Below are positions 49,200 to 62,269 of a stretch of 64,000 nt of DNA, one piece after another. The translations under genes and the position numbers were made by a program. The DNA lies in assembly GCF_001194135.2 (NCBI RefSeq), contig NC_068990.1:68176801-68240800 (forward strand). The letters are read 5' to 3'. The notes beneath the pieces are model-generated. The model saw only the letters and a list, made by a program, of their open reading frames with translations, was not told the DNA's origin and ran no database searches. This DNA is from Octopus bimaculoides (taxonomy: Eukaryota). Numbering within the stretch: position 1 is the stretch's first letter; every line of letters begins with the position of its first letter.

Positions 49200-49520
49200 T
49201 TATGACAGGTTTCTTTCAGGTTCCATCTACCAAATCCACTGACCAGTCTTTGGTCGGCCTAAAGATATTGTAGAAGATACTTGCTCAAAGTGCCATGCAA
49301 TGGGATTCAGGGCCTGACCCAAAAGAGAGGAGCTGAGGGGTTCGTGCCCCCTCAAGAAAAGAAGAGCACCCTCTAAATAATATTATTACACCCTTTTCTC
49401 CGGGAATTGTATTCCTTTTGACCTTGTGCCCCCTCCTTCGAAAAATTCTTGGGACCGCACCTGGGATTGAGTCTAAAGCATTGTGGCTGGAAAAACTTCT
49501 TACCACACCACCGTATTTGC
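49200..49520 (-). mobile_element. SINE-A 5' module split by a MITE
   Basis: CTACCAAATCCACTG...GTGCCATGCAATGGGATT | insert | GGATTGAGTCTAAAGCATTGTGG...CTTACCACAC. Confidence 0.75.
49308..49463. mobile_element. Unclassified 156-bp MITE with CAGG...CCTG termini and a 5-bp TSD
   Basis: Imperfect TIR CAGGGCCTGACCCAA / reverse complement CAGGTGCGGTCCCAA; GGATT at 49303-07 and 49464-68. Confidence 0.65.
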
Positions 49521-49599
49521 ACCTCTCATTTGGAACAATCAGTTTTAATTTCAAGTCAGAGTATAGTGATCTAATAAACATTTTGGTGCATAAGATATC

Positions 49600-50360
49600 T
49601 AGAGTTCCAGCTATACTGCATTCTTCATCTGAAGGAAGTCTGTGAAGTATGCACCATTTTTTTCAAGATATTATGACATTAATGGTAAATATGATAATGC
49701 AGAATTTTTTAACAGACACAAGAGATACGAAAAGCCCAGAAATAATTATTAATCTGTAGCAAAGTGAAACAGTGAGATTTAAAAGATACAAAGGACTGAC
49801 ATGTATTTGATGTGCCAGTAGCTCACGTCTGTGTAATGGAATTTTTGAAAGGGAGGCCTTCCACACTGCCTCATGTTGATTATTTTTTGAGAAGGAGCCA
49901 AAATTAGAAATGCAAATGTCAGCAACAGACTTATACCTGCCGAAATTCCTAATGAAGACATTTCATTGTTGAATCTTGTGACAAAATTCATGATAAGGAC
50001 CATGTGATGTTAATAATCTCACTTCTTTTTGGAAAATCTGATAGGAACAAAATTCTTTACAAATGGCTTCTGAGAAGTGGCATTGATGAAGTAAATGGTT
50101 GTACAAAAATATTTTTTTCTTTTCAAAATATAAAATATATTTTAAATATGTCTGCTGAAGTCATGACTGTACTTCTATTGAAATAGCAATAGATCATAAC
50201 CAGCGAACAGAAAAATCAATTACTTGAATATGATGAAATTATATCTTGACTGACCTGTGTATATGTCTCACCTCCTGAAGCCATATAGAGGTTGTTTCAA
50301 TGTAAGACGCGTAACACGTCTCTTACAGTTTACAGACTTACCATTCCTGTTTCAGTTCAC
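49600..50360 (+). mobile_element. Decayed Helitron Rep (HUH endonuclease) fragment
   Basis: Colinear, frameshifted Rep motifs: ILHSSSEGSL*SMHHFFQDIM (ILPSSF.GSPR.M...QDAM); VFDVPVAHVCVMEF..GLPHCLMLI (VIEFQKRGLPHAH); AEIPNEDISLLNLVTKFMI.GPC; DEII...YVSPPEAI*RLF. Confidence 0.85.
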
Positions 50361-50473
50361 TAAGAGTCCAATTTTGAAAACGGCAGGTTTTCCAATAGAA
50401 CCTTGACGTAACCAAGACACACACATCTCATTGCATGGTTCAAGCTCAACAATGTAAATAAAAATTCAAATCA

Positions 50474-50862
50474 TAGGCGCAGGCATGGCTGTGTGGAAAG
50501 AGACTTGCTTCCTAACCACATGGTTCTGGGTTCAGTCCCACTGTATGACAGCTTGGGCAAGTGTCTTTTATTATAGCCTTGGGCTGACCAACGCCTTCAG
50601 AGTGGATTTGGTAGACAGAAACTGAAAGAAGCCCATCGCACGCATACATATATAGGTGTGTTTGTGTATGTATCTTTGTGTCTGTTCCCACATCACTATT
50701 TGACAACCAGTGTTGATGTGTCTATGTCCCTGTAGCATAGCAGTTCGGCAAAAGAGGCCAATAGAACCAGTACCAAGCTTAAAAATAAACAAGTACAGGG
50801 GCCGATTCATTTGACTAAAACGTTTTTAGGGTGATGCCCTAGCATTGCCGCAGTCTAACGAC
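50474..50862 (+). mobile_element. SINE-A, near full length
   Basis: TAGGCGCAGGCATGGCTGTGTGG...GGGTTCAGTCCCACTG...GAAAGAAGCCC...A-type 3' module. Confidence 0.88.
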
Positions 50863-52773
50863 CGTATCATGTTGTGTATTACTTTTAATTTTTTCTTTTC
50901 AATATGTGTTGAACAAGCAATCAAAGCAAGCATAACACTGCTACTTGTATGAATTTAATGAACCTGAAACATGTTGAAAATTTCATCCGTCTATTGCTTC
51001 TCAGAAACAAGGAGAAAATATATCAACTTTTAAAGATGTTTGTATACAACTAGTATTACTTGAAAATGATAGCAGGTTTGAAAACAACTTCGGGTGAAGT
51101 TTCAGCATTTAGAATGCTGTCACATTTTATTAAAATGTCTGCATCTACACAGACATGACAGAAGTAAATAGACACCTTATAAAACATAGTTTTATGTTTA
51201 TTCTAACTCGTAGCAGTTTATATATTTTTTTTATTAATTGACATTTTTATGTTTTAGGTTTTATATGTGACTGTTTAATCATGCTCCTCCACCATTTTCA
51301 ATATAAACACTTGAAATATATCTCCCATACCTGAACAAACTTGAGAGATCAAAATTTAAATCTCTTTGATAAAACATCTATGATGCCTACTTTTGTTATT
51401 GATAAATGCCTGTAAGATATTACTGGTATCCACAGTATTTCTGGGGGAAAAGATCATGTAATTAGAAGAGAATTACAGATAATTGTAACTTATTCACCCA
51501 CAAGCAACATTGATATGCTTCATCAGTGGCAGCATAATTTTTAAACAATATTACTTAACAATGGTCTCCAGAGAAAACCATTGGCATCATATTTTAATGA
51601 CAGTGCCCAGCATGGCCTCAGTTTCAGATTGAAACCAGTGAAACAGTGAGTCAAAATAGGAAAGACACACAAAAACAAAAGAACTTTGCAAAGTGGTTGT
51701 TTCTGCTTTGAAATGGAACCATACAACTATGTGAATGAAAGAAAGTGGCACTCAATACAGTTGGTAGGAGTTACCTATACTCACTTTTTTAACAGCAGTT
51801 TGACTTAGTTTCACATGACAATGTTTTGTAGACACATTGCTTCATCAAATGCTAGGAGCAAAGTCTGATGTGAGCATATATATATGCACATTTTTTTCCT
51901 GGAGGTAGTTTTATTTCTATCAGCATCAACATCATATTCATCATCATTATTCATCCAACCAGCATCATCATCATCATCGACTTCATCGGCATCATCGACA
52001 CCTGTGTTGTTTTCGTTTACACCTGCTTTTCATACAGGCATGGATTAAGTGGAACACCACAGTTGGAGCCAATGCATATTTAAGGGTTTCTGATCACTTC
52101 ACCAGATCAGGCACCTCCATTACCACAGCTTTTCTTTTGGTTTTTGCTTGGTTTCTACCGCTAGATGCCCTTTCTAACAGCAACCCCTTTACAGAATGTA
52201 CTGGGCACTTCTTTCGAAGGAAAGGGATAGTAAGGTGTTATGTCCTTGACAAGACTAAAAGAATCCTCACCACCTTACACTTTAATTGAAATTTCATGAC
52301 ACCAGCACTCAAGAGGTAGTCCTCCACTCAATACGATCAAAGTGACTTCACAACCCCATCTTTCTTCTTGTTTGCCAGCATTTTTACAGAGTAAGAAGCA
52401 TAAGTGATAGACATAACAGAGGAAGGCCTAAGCAAGATGTATGGTATGGGGATGGGCGATAGGGGTTACCAGTAGTCCAAGGTATGTACATATATTACAC
52501 CAGGGAAAAAATTACATTTTAATTCACTTAACAGAAATAATCTGCCACACTTCAATTTTACTCTCTACCTTAGTCCGTTATAACATTTTAATGATTAGTT
52601 TAAACACTTACATAATAACAATCATGCTTTCTCTTTAAAGACTCATGAAAATAAACAGTACATTGTCAAGATCTATGTTATTTCAGATTTTGCCGCTATT
52701 GATTCGTTTGCATCATTTTGTACTGACTTCATTCGGAGCAACTGATAGTATTCTTTAGTTTCTGTAGGCAAAT

Positions 52774-52820
<47 letters not shown>

Positions 52821-54701
52821 TATATACACACCACAGTTTGTACACATACGTATTTCATGTCCTTTCAACTACATCAGATTAAATCTTATGTTCAAAGCTT
52901 TGTATTTTTCTTATGTATGTGTGCGTATGTATATATGACGTAGTTGGAATATTTATTAATATTCTGTTAAGTGTGTAAACACTATGTAAATAAAAGAGTT
53001 TAATTATGATGATGAAACTCTTTGCTTGCTTGTCTGAGCGACCAAAATGAGATAGCTTCATATGAACATCAACTTAGCTTACTAGTTCAAGGTACTTATT
53101 TTAGCTGCAGTAGATTACGTTAAATTCTCTTTTATAATTTTTAATTAATTCTAGTAGATTATTTTTGAAGAGTTGAGAGAAAATTAGAAGTGATTGAAAA
53201 TAGAAAAATCTTAATAAAAAAGCAATAAAAATAGATTATATATGCTTGTAAGCGTGTGTCTTGGAAGTTTGTCAAGAAACTATTTTCAACGTATTTGAAT
53301 ATAATGATTTTTAGACGACGATGGCAATTCAAACTTATAAAAGAAGGGAAATGGAAAGTTACGTTGTTGATGACATTCTCTTCTAAACTATTAGCAATAT
53401 TAAATTGATTTCATCACTAAGCTGAAACCTGATCATGGTTTACATTTGCAAAAAGTCAGAACCTGACCGACTTCCTTTCGGAATACAACATTGCAATGCG
53501 TAATGCATGATGTGTTTTTTAAAAAAGGAAATTGTGATGCAGATTATTTTCTGTGTTATTTAAAATATAGATAGCAATGACAATTTCACTTTCTTACAAT
53601 TTCGTTTTTCACTAACACATTTCTGTTTTTACTATATAGCTTTAAACCAACAATACCTACGTGCATCTGTGTTTGGTCAGAGCAACTAAAGTTCTCTCAA
53701 CAAACAGTATAACAATTGTCACGTAACTAACTTCTTTTTTACATTTCCATTTGAAGTTATTTTTTAAAATTTTACATGAAATACCGAAATAATATAGAAA
53801 TTTGATGAAATCACTTAGAAATGTTTCAAATTTTCTCCACTGATTCAGTTTTGCATGCTGATGAAAAAATCATACTAATTTCCTCAAGAAATTATTAATT
53901 AACAAATTATAAGCCTTTGAATGTTTTAAATTTTATCCAATCAGAAGCTTCTATTGTTAACATACCTGAAGTAGTATTTGTCTTTTTCATGGCAATCATT
54001 ATAATACACCATTTCTTATTTCCAACCCAGGTTCTTTGAATGAATGCAGCGAACCAATTTTATTTGTTTTTATCTTAAATGCAAGATTGTTTTCTTTTTG
54101 TACTAAATGCAATCTTCATCATAGGATTTCATTAATTTGTCAGAGTATAAAGACAGAGGAAGAAGCAGCAATGTTATTTCTCTTGAGAAAGGATGTAATC
54201 CAATCATCTAGATCACATTTTTCTTTCTTAAACATTTATAAGAAAGAGGAAAACAAGTTATTGAAGTAATTTTAAACTTTCATAAGAACCATTTTATAAG
54301 AAATGGTGAAATAATCTAACAAAACATATTTCCCAGTTGATTATTTGTTTGAAAATATGTTAGCAGTGAAAATGCTGAAAGATATCTTAAATATTCATGA
54401 AAACAATTGAAAATATACAAAATAGAGAAACAATTCTAAAGAAACATATTATCTCCACTAAGTTACACTAAATAAAACAAACCAACACTGGTTGTCAACA
54501 CATGTTCATAGTCATTTCATAGTCATATACAGTATAAGAATAGTGTTGATGTACCCCTTGTGAACAATAAAGTGTAAAATGTTAGGATACCATTAAATAG
54601 ACAGTAATGAATACCGTTTTGTAAATATCATAAAACAAGGTATATTCTATATTCCATTATTAATTATTATAAGGAAGTTAAGACTTCAAAACAACATGTT
54701 T

Positions 54702-55120
54702 TACTCTCTTTACTCCCTTTTACTTGTTTCAGTCATTTGACTGTGGCCATGCTGGAGCACCGCCTTTTAGTTGAATGAATCAACCCCAGGACTTATTCTT
54801 TGGAAGCCTAGTACTTATTCTATCGGTCTCTTTTGCCGAACTGCTAAGTTATGGGGACGTAAACACACCAGCATCGGTTGTCAAGCGATGTTGGGGGGAC
54901 AAACACAGACACACAAACATATACACACACATACATATATATACATATACATATATATGATGGGCTTCTTTCAGTTTCCGTCTACCAAATCCACTCACAA
55001 GGCTTTGGTCGGCCCGAGGCTATAATAGAAGACACTTGCCCAAGGTGCCACACAGTGGGACTGAACCCAGAACCATGTTGTTGGTAAGCAAGCTACTTAC
55101 CACACAGCCACTCCTACGCC
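54702..55120 (-). mobile_element. SINE-A, young full-length reference copy (resembles octopus OK/OR-type tRNA SINEs)
   Basis: Reverse complement: A-box TGGCTGTGTGG, B-box GGGTTCAGTCCC, core CCTTGGGCAAGTGTCTTCT, (TA/TG)n centre and (AGTAAA)n-like tail. Confidence 0.92.
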
Positions 55121-56759
55121 TAGGACAATTTTTTAAAAATAAATACCATTTACTAAATCTGGGGTTTTGATAAAATAGTTGATTGTATTACTTTAAAATT
55201 CTGGTGCTTTTTTTTTTTTTTTACAAATCTGGCACAACTTGTAATTTTTTTTTGTATATCTTTAAGGGTATTCATACCCTGGTTTAAGAAACTTAGAATG
55301 TCTCTTTTGAACTTGTTGGCAATGATACTGATATAACGGTCACTTGATATGCCATTTCCATGTAATACTTGTCTGTCTATACAAGAGATTAATATGTAAC
55401 TTTCACTAGATATTTCACTAGTTATCTCAGTGCCCATCCTAAATATCATATAGCTGCCAACTTCAGTATCAAATCCCTTTGTTGGGCTTACTTAGGTTAC
55501 AACCCTTTTTTTCTCTCTCTCTCTCTATTTCTTATACATTCACCTCATTTAGAAACAACATCTTGAAGTGACATTTCCATATTTTCTTTTCATTGTCCAT
55601 GACAGTGAATGTGCTTCTATTATTTCCTATTCATTTCCCCTAATGATATCATGATTCACACAACCTGCTTAGTAATCCAGTCATTTGATCCACATTATAT
55701 CTTCAGCAGTAAATTTTTATTAATGATCCATTAACTTCATTATTTTATTTCCTTATATTTTAAAGCGATATCTTTTCTTCTAATTGGTTACTTTCACTTC
55801 AATAGTGTGTGTGTGTGGGTACATAGGCATGTCTATATGTATGTATAACCACAAGTTATATATGAATATGTGTGTGTTAGTGAGTGTGTGTAATTACAGA
55901 ACTGTATATATTGATATATGTATATGCATGTATGTGTATTATATATACAAGAGAACTGGCTGAACATCTGTGTGTAAGCATGCTTGTGCACATGTGTGTG
56001 TGTGTGTGTGTGATTAAATAAACAAATGGAAACAAACCCTCATGTCCACACACACACCAATGCACTAACACACACACACACACATGCATACTTATATCTC
56101 CCTACATCCGTGATAACAAAAAACAAGACCAATGTCTCTGACAGCCTCCATCTAATGAGTTTATTTATATTCTTTGTTGCAACAGATGTTACAATTATGA
56201 TTATAAACAGCAGCACAATCCACAAAACTTCTTCCATTTATCAGAAATGAAAGTCTTTTTTTTGGTCTTTATAAATATATGTTTTTGCTGGTGTTTCTCT
56301 ATTTTTGCTCCATGTGTGTATAACAGATATTGACAAAACAGCTTTGACAACTCCTGTCAACCTGTCCAACTTATGCCATTATAGAAAATAAGCACTAAAT
56401 GATGATGATGATGATGAGTGAGTTTTTCATCAGTCATGAGGGGAGACCAATTCTTATGTCTCATTATAACCTCCATGATTGGTTATAAAGAGAGGAAGGT
56501 CTCCTCAAATTGGAAACCTGATCCTTGAGTACCTTTGGTGGGATTCAACAAAATGTTACCCTAGGATCAAGTTGTAGTGTTAAACTAGATGATGGATTGA
56601 TTCTACTAACCAAGTTGGCCATGGATGCATTTGGACTCAAAACACAGATTCAGGACAAATACTATAAGGTGCCTAGCCTGACACTCTACCAATTCTTCTA
56701 GTCCACTCAGAAGAGTAGGAAGCAAAGTTAGCCTTAGCAGGATTTAAACCAAGAATGCA

Positions 56760-56965
56760 AGGTATCTTGTCCATCAGTCAGGTTTGCTTCCTGTGTCCAG
56801 GAGTCACTCCAGTTACTTTTGTATTGTGCTGTATACATACAATTAGCCAGGTTTTTGTTTCCAGTCCATTCTTTGATGTCATCAGTCTGCAAACATCTTT
56901 GAATGCCTCTTGCTCTCTTCCCTCCACACTCCCTGTAAGGATGGTTTTGAAGAATGACTCCTGGT
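56760..56965 (-). mobile_element. RTE-like LINE extreme C-terminus/3' end
   Basis: KTILTGSVEGR, then a frameshift to RARGIQRCLQTDDIKEWTGNKNLANCMYTAQYKSNW, matching the RTE tail consensus (ILxGxVEGxRxRGR..W.DDIKEWTG). Confidence 0.7.
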
Positions 56966-57538
56966 ATAAACTATGATAATAGGTGTCTTTGGACTTCCAG
57001 TTTTTCAAATAATGCAGTGTTTGATAACCTCTCTATCCAACTTATTCTGCTCAATCTACAAAAGACCTATGTCACAAAGGCATCTATATTATTTTTTATT
57101 TTTCTGTACATTATCTAAGTTTCTGCCCTGTTGAGAACAATTGGCATAATTAAAAATATTTAAATAACCCAATGTACCTTGTCCAAAACTCTAACAACTC
57201 TGCCATTTCGCTGTCTTGTTCCTTGACAAGAGAATAGTTTTCCATTGGTATAGTTTGGCCTGGCTAGGATTGAACTAGCAACTGTCATGCAATAGAGTTA
57301 TTCTATGGTGTTGCGGAGAAGTAACTTTGACTTACAGCTAAAGACTAATCATGCTGCTATTTTTGTTTAGCCCAAGGTCAACATTCATTGATCTACTCTA
57401 TAATCAGGTGCATTCCAGCCATGACCGTTCAGCCTTCTTATGTACAAGGAAAGTTATGTTGTTCAATTTGTCTTTGCTGGGGCTACACATGGTATACAAC
57501 TATGCATCATTTCCCACACACACACACCTACAGATCAT

Positions 57539-57575
<37 letters not shown>

Positions 57576-58227
57576 TTGCACACATAAGCGCATACACAGA
57601 TAGATACACATCATCATATATATAGAAACAAGTGTCATTTCTTTGCACTTAGATATCAAAAGATATATATCTGTATATACGCATGCATTTGTGCATGCAC
57701 ACGAGCATACATAACTGCATACATATATATATATATATATATCCACATACACACACACACATGCCAGTATATATGTATGAACAATGATTTAAACACAAGA
57801 AATAACAATGGATTTTCTTAAAGGGATTGAGCAAAAAAAAAAAAGTACACACAAAGCCATGTCATTTGCTGTTTAGTGAAGCCTGCTGCCCATTACATTA
57901 CAGGATTATTGCTCCTTTACAGATCCAAATCTAATATAAAGATGTCTATCGACAACAGAAAGCATTTACTTTATCATGAATATATCACATAAATTCATAG
58001 AGAATCAGCTGAGAGCTATGCAAATAACTGTTAATGCCTTGCTAGCAAGATATCCCAACTTGATTTGATGTATAAAGCAAGAATAGAAGGTCATATGATG
58101 TAAATCAATTTGTATGCTTAATTTAAGAATGGAATGGTAATGCTCTGATACTGTTGGGAGTATCGTGGTTTACCCTGCAGAAGATGTATAGTTTTACTCT
58201 TGGAATAATTGTGCACAAACATAAGTG

Positions 58228-58260
<33 letters not shown>

Positions 58261-58281
58261 ATTAATACTATTATTATCATT

Positions 58282-58501
58282 AAGGTGGTGAGCTGGCAGA
58301 ATCGTTAGCACACTGTGCAAACTGTTTAGTAGTATTTCGACCGTCTTTAGATTCTGATTTCAAATTCTGCTGAGGTTGACATTGCCTTTCATCCTTTCGG
58401 GGTCAGTAAAGTAAGTACCAATTGAGCATTGAGGTCAATGTAATCGACTATACACCCGACCCCTCACCAAAATTTCATTATTTGTGCCAGTAGCAGAAAT
58501 G
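58282..58501 (+). mobile_element. SINE-B inserted in (ATT)n
   Basis: (ATT)n at 58226-58280 directly upstream of AAGGTGGTGAGCTGGCAGAATCGTTAGC; ATT-like tail. Confidence 0.88.
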
Positions 58502-58939
58502 ATAATCATTATTCAACATTTGGTAGTTTCAGACAAATTTCTACTGCATTACCTGCTACACCTCTGTGTTGTTGGGGGTGTGTACAGCACTGTGTTCCTT
58601 TTTGTTATTAGGGGAGTGCTAATTCTTCCTGGTATTGCATTGCATCAGTTTGTTTTATGAGATCTGGTTGCAATCTTTCTTTGTGTTGTGTGTGTAATGC
58701 AAGTTGTTTTCTTCTGTTAGGTATTGGCCTGTTGGTGGCTGTTTATTTTATTGGATATTTTCTATATAGAGTATGTCTTATGTTAATGTTTGTGGATTGT
58801 TTTGTTTGGTACAGGATGGCTGTGTGGTTAAAGAGTTTGTTGCACAACTATGTGGCACATTGAGCTAGTATCTTCTACCATAGCTCTGATCAAAACCTTG
58901 CCAATCAGTTTGGTAGATGGCAACTGAAAGAAGCCCATT

Positions 58940-59232
58940 GAGGGCACATGGCTCAGTGGTTAGAGCATCAGGCTCACAATCATGAGGTAATAAATTCAGT
59001 TCCAGGATCAGGCTGTGTGTTGTGTTCTTGAGTAATGCACTTTATCTCATATGGCTCCAGTTCACACAGCTGTAGAAATTAGTTGCGATGTCACTGGTGC
59101 CAAGCTGTATCAGCCTTTGCTTTTCCCTTGGATAACATCAGTGGTGTGGAGAGGGGAGGTCAGTATGCATGGGCAACTGCTTGTCTTCCATAAACAACCT
59201 TGCCTGGACTTGTGCCTTAGAAGAGAGCTTTC
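58940..59232 (+). mobile_element. SINE-D inserted into a SINE-A 5' module (58812-58939)
   Basis: ...CTGAAAGAAGCCCATT|GAGGGCACATGGCTCAGTGGTTAGAGC; homologous to 22313-22740. Confidence 0.85.
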
Positions 59233-60748
59233 TAAATATATATATATATATATATANNNNNNNNNNNNNNNNNNNNNNNNNNNNNNNNNNNNNNNNNNNN
59301 NNNNNNNNNNNNNNNNNNNNNNNNNNNNNNNNNNNNNNNNNNNNNNNNNNNNNNNNNNNNNNNNNNNNNNNNNNNNNNNNNNNNATATATTAGAAAGTTT
59401 GCAGGTGATGTACGGGTTTTATATATTAAAAAAAATAAGGTACTCAGAGATCGGGATGGTTGCACATTTACAGATTTTTATTAATATTTCACATGTTTTT
59501 ATAAATCATATATTAGCACTTGCATCTATTCTAGTAGAATCTTCAGATTTAAATTTTATTTTGAGGGGATTCGTCTCTTTTTATAGTATCTTTGAGTGTG
59601 TAGGGTTGGAGAGAGATATATAGGATAGTAAAAGAGGGTGAGGAATGGGGAGAAAGTGAGAGAGAGTGTGTGTGTGTTTTTGCGCGCGTGTGTGTGTGTG
59701 CATGTGTATCTGAAAGGAGTGTCAATAGAAAAGAGAAGGAAAGAAAGAAGGAAGTGAGAAAGAAGAAAAACATTGTGTTTACATCTATAGAGCTGTATAG
59801 ATGTAAACACAATTTTTTCTTCTGTTTAACTCTGGAGCAATTTGTGACATGATTTTTTTTTGCATGTCTGAAATGTACATACATTTATTAGCTCTGTGCC
59901 AAAAAGAGAGCCTCTGCATGATCACACAAGCTGCTTGAAATAGCAAACAAATCAACTTCAAACAACCATCAGCAGTCTCAGTAAAAACACATTGGAAAAT
60001 GTGGTCCTAGGTAAGGACAAAATAATGGGATAGATATGGCTGGAATGCCTTGATCATAAATTTCTTTTTGTGAGGGTGAACTGGGACAAAACCATAATAG
60101 CTTTGTATGAATATTGAAATACATAGAATATTATGTAACAATGTACAGAGATTGGGTGTGTATGCACACAATTGTTAATGTATAGCCCTTTACTAATATA
60201 TTTAAATAAGTATCTGTAAACCTCTTTGCTAACATGCTTATACGAATATATATTTTGTTAACATGCTTACATAAATATCAATACATACATACATACATAC
60301 ATATATACATACATACATACATGCATAGACACACACACATACATTCATATCTATCTATCTCTTTATCTCTCTCTCTCACTCTACCTCCCTCCCTCCCTCC
60401 CTCCCTATCTCTCTCTCTATATATATGTGTGTGTGTGCATGCATATAGAAAAGCAGATAAACACAGGAAGGCTTGAGATATATTTACATGGAGCACAAAA
60501 TACTGGTTACAGAATAAATAAAAATGAAAAGTAAACAGAACAGAAAAATTGTGTAAAATCTTATCTCAACAGCTGTTTCAAGACAGTTGCAGCTTACACA
60601 ATAACCATATTCATACGTAACATGCACATGATGTCTTAAGTGTACATCCTGTAATAAATTTATGTTCCCATCCATTCTGTGTCATTTATCCTAAGTCTAT
60701 ATTGCTTTTACCTACTACTGCAAGAGAGTTTATAATTGATAGGAAAGC

Positions 60749-60821
60749 TTGGAGAGCGTTTGTGGACAGATGAGTGAATGATGTTGGAGAGCGTTTGTGG
60801 ACAGATGAGTGAATGATGTTG
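60749..60821. repeat. Perfect 35-bp tandem duplication
   Basis: TTGGAGAGCGTTTGTGGACAGATGAGTGAATGATG at 60749-60783 and 60784-60818, plus TTG. Confidence 0.95.
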
Positions 60822-62269
60822 CTCAAAGGGGTCTGCAACTAGCATGATGCAACGGAGGTAAACCAGCATATGCTGTCGGATACCACTGCTGATATTGGGG
60901 GTTGCATTCTATGCCTTGACCCGAGCATAGAACAGGGGGCTGCCTCTTTGAGCTGGGAAATGATTGGAATGCCTGGTGTGTGTATTGTTGTGACTATGCC
61001 CTCCTAAAAAATGGGGACTAGGCCTGGGTATATAAAAAACAGATGTGTGTGTGTGTGTGTGTTTGCTTGTGCACATGCATATGTGTGCATGTGTATATAT
61101 CTGTTTGCTTGCATGTGAAGATAGCGAGCAATATATCTCTTTGCTAACATGTTTGCATAATTATCTGCATCATTCTTTTTGCTAACATATTTACATTACT
61201 ATCTATAAAGCTGAACTAACACTCATATATTCCATATAACTGTTAATATGCACAAACTATTATTTCTGACCTCTCATATTTGGAGAGATAACTATAGTGG
61301 GAGCAAAGAATGTAAATGCTTATTCTTATTCCTTAGGGCATCAATGACAAAGAAAGTGGTTAAACTAGAAAAGACTAGTGATAAACTTGGTTTACAGAAA
61401 ACATTGTGTTATATCATACACACATACCCAGATACATATATACACACAGATGCATACATGCACACTTATGCACACATTCATATATGCATGTATACAAGCG
61501 CTCCCTTTGTTTGAAATGCTGTTTAAAATACTGTAAAGAATATGATATGCACAACATGTACACTGTATATGCAAACGTAGAATAGCACTAGTATATGCAA
61601 CAGAATATTCCCAAACTAGAAACCATTAAATAATTATTAATCTAGCCATGCTTAGACTCCCAAAGAAGGACAATCATGCAATATCAAAATATGTTATAAT
61701 ACAAACAACAGAACCATCATAAAGCAACAAATCAAGAACTCTTTAACAGGTTTAACCCTATGACAATGAAAGATGAGACCACAAGATATAAAAGGTTTAC
61801 AGACAACAAGAACCTCAACCATAAACCCATCGTCAGCTGCCAAATGGATATCATTATGTTTTTGGCATTATAGTTATCTTCAAAAAAATTGATACATTGC
61901 AATACATATGCTATGCCCAGAGTCACTAGTGACAAAAATGAATGGTACTAATTCCACATAGAAATTGAAACTTGGTCCCACAATCAGTTTGTCAAGAACA
62001 CACTATGGCTTGACAATAGTGATCACATCAAATGCTAGTATTTGTTTGTTTAACATCCATTTTTCCATATTCGTATGGGTTTGGATGGAGAGCTATTTGA
62101 GGCAAGACCATATGGTTGGATGCTTTTTCTACCACCAAACTTTATCTTGCTTTTTCAAGTAAGGAATTCTATAAACCCACAGGTCCTTCAAAGCTCAGTG
62201 TGACCTGTCAAGAATAGTACCACTTCTTTCAAGCAGTGACAATGTAGGATATAAATATTCATATACATC

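Larger units (their letters stand above)
46100..49200. promoter_or_regulatory. CpG-retaining domain with ETS-type motifs, a possible promoter region
   Basis: Dozens of CpGs in AT-rich, largely non-SINE DNA against near absence in the flanks. CGGAAGTG at ~46223 and ACTTCCGG at ~47384 lie on opposite strands. No transcript evidence. Confidence 0.4.

Noticed and set aside
49418-49645. ORF 49418..49645 as a gene
   Set aside because: It is a chimeric read-through of MITE, SINE-A and the first Helitron Rep motif.
58520-58800. G/T-skewed segment weakly reminiscent of a Penelope ORF upstream of GIY-YIG on the minus strand
   Set aside because: Only vague motif echoes across stops and frameshifts; not supportable without a search.
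61640-61960. Possible RTE-like LINE C-terminal fragment (TNQELFNRFNPMTMKDETTRYKRF)
   Set aside because: Similarity is too weak and the diagnostic GH..R and RGRP motifs are absent.
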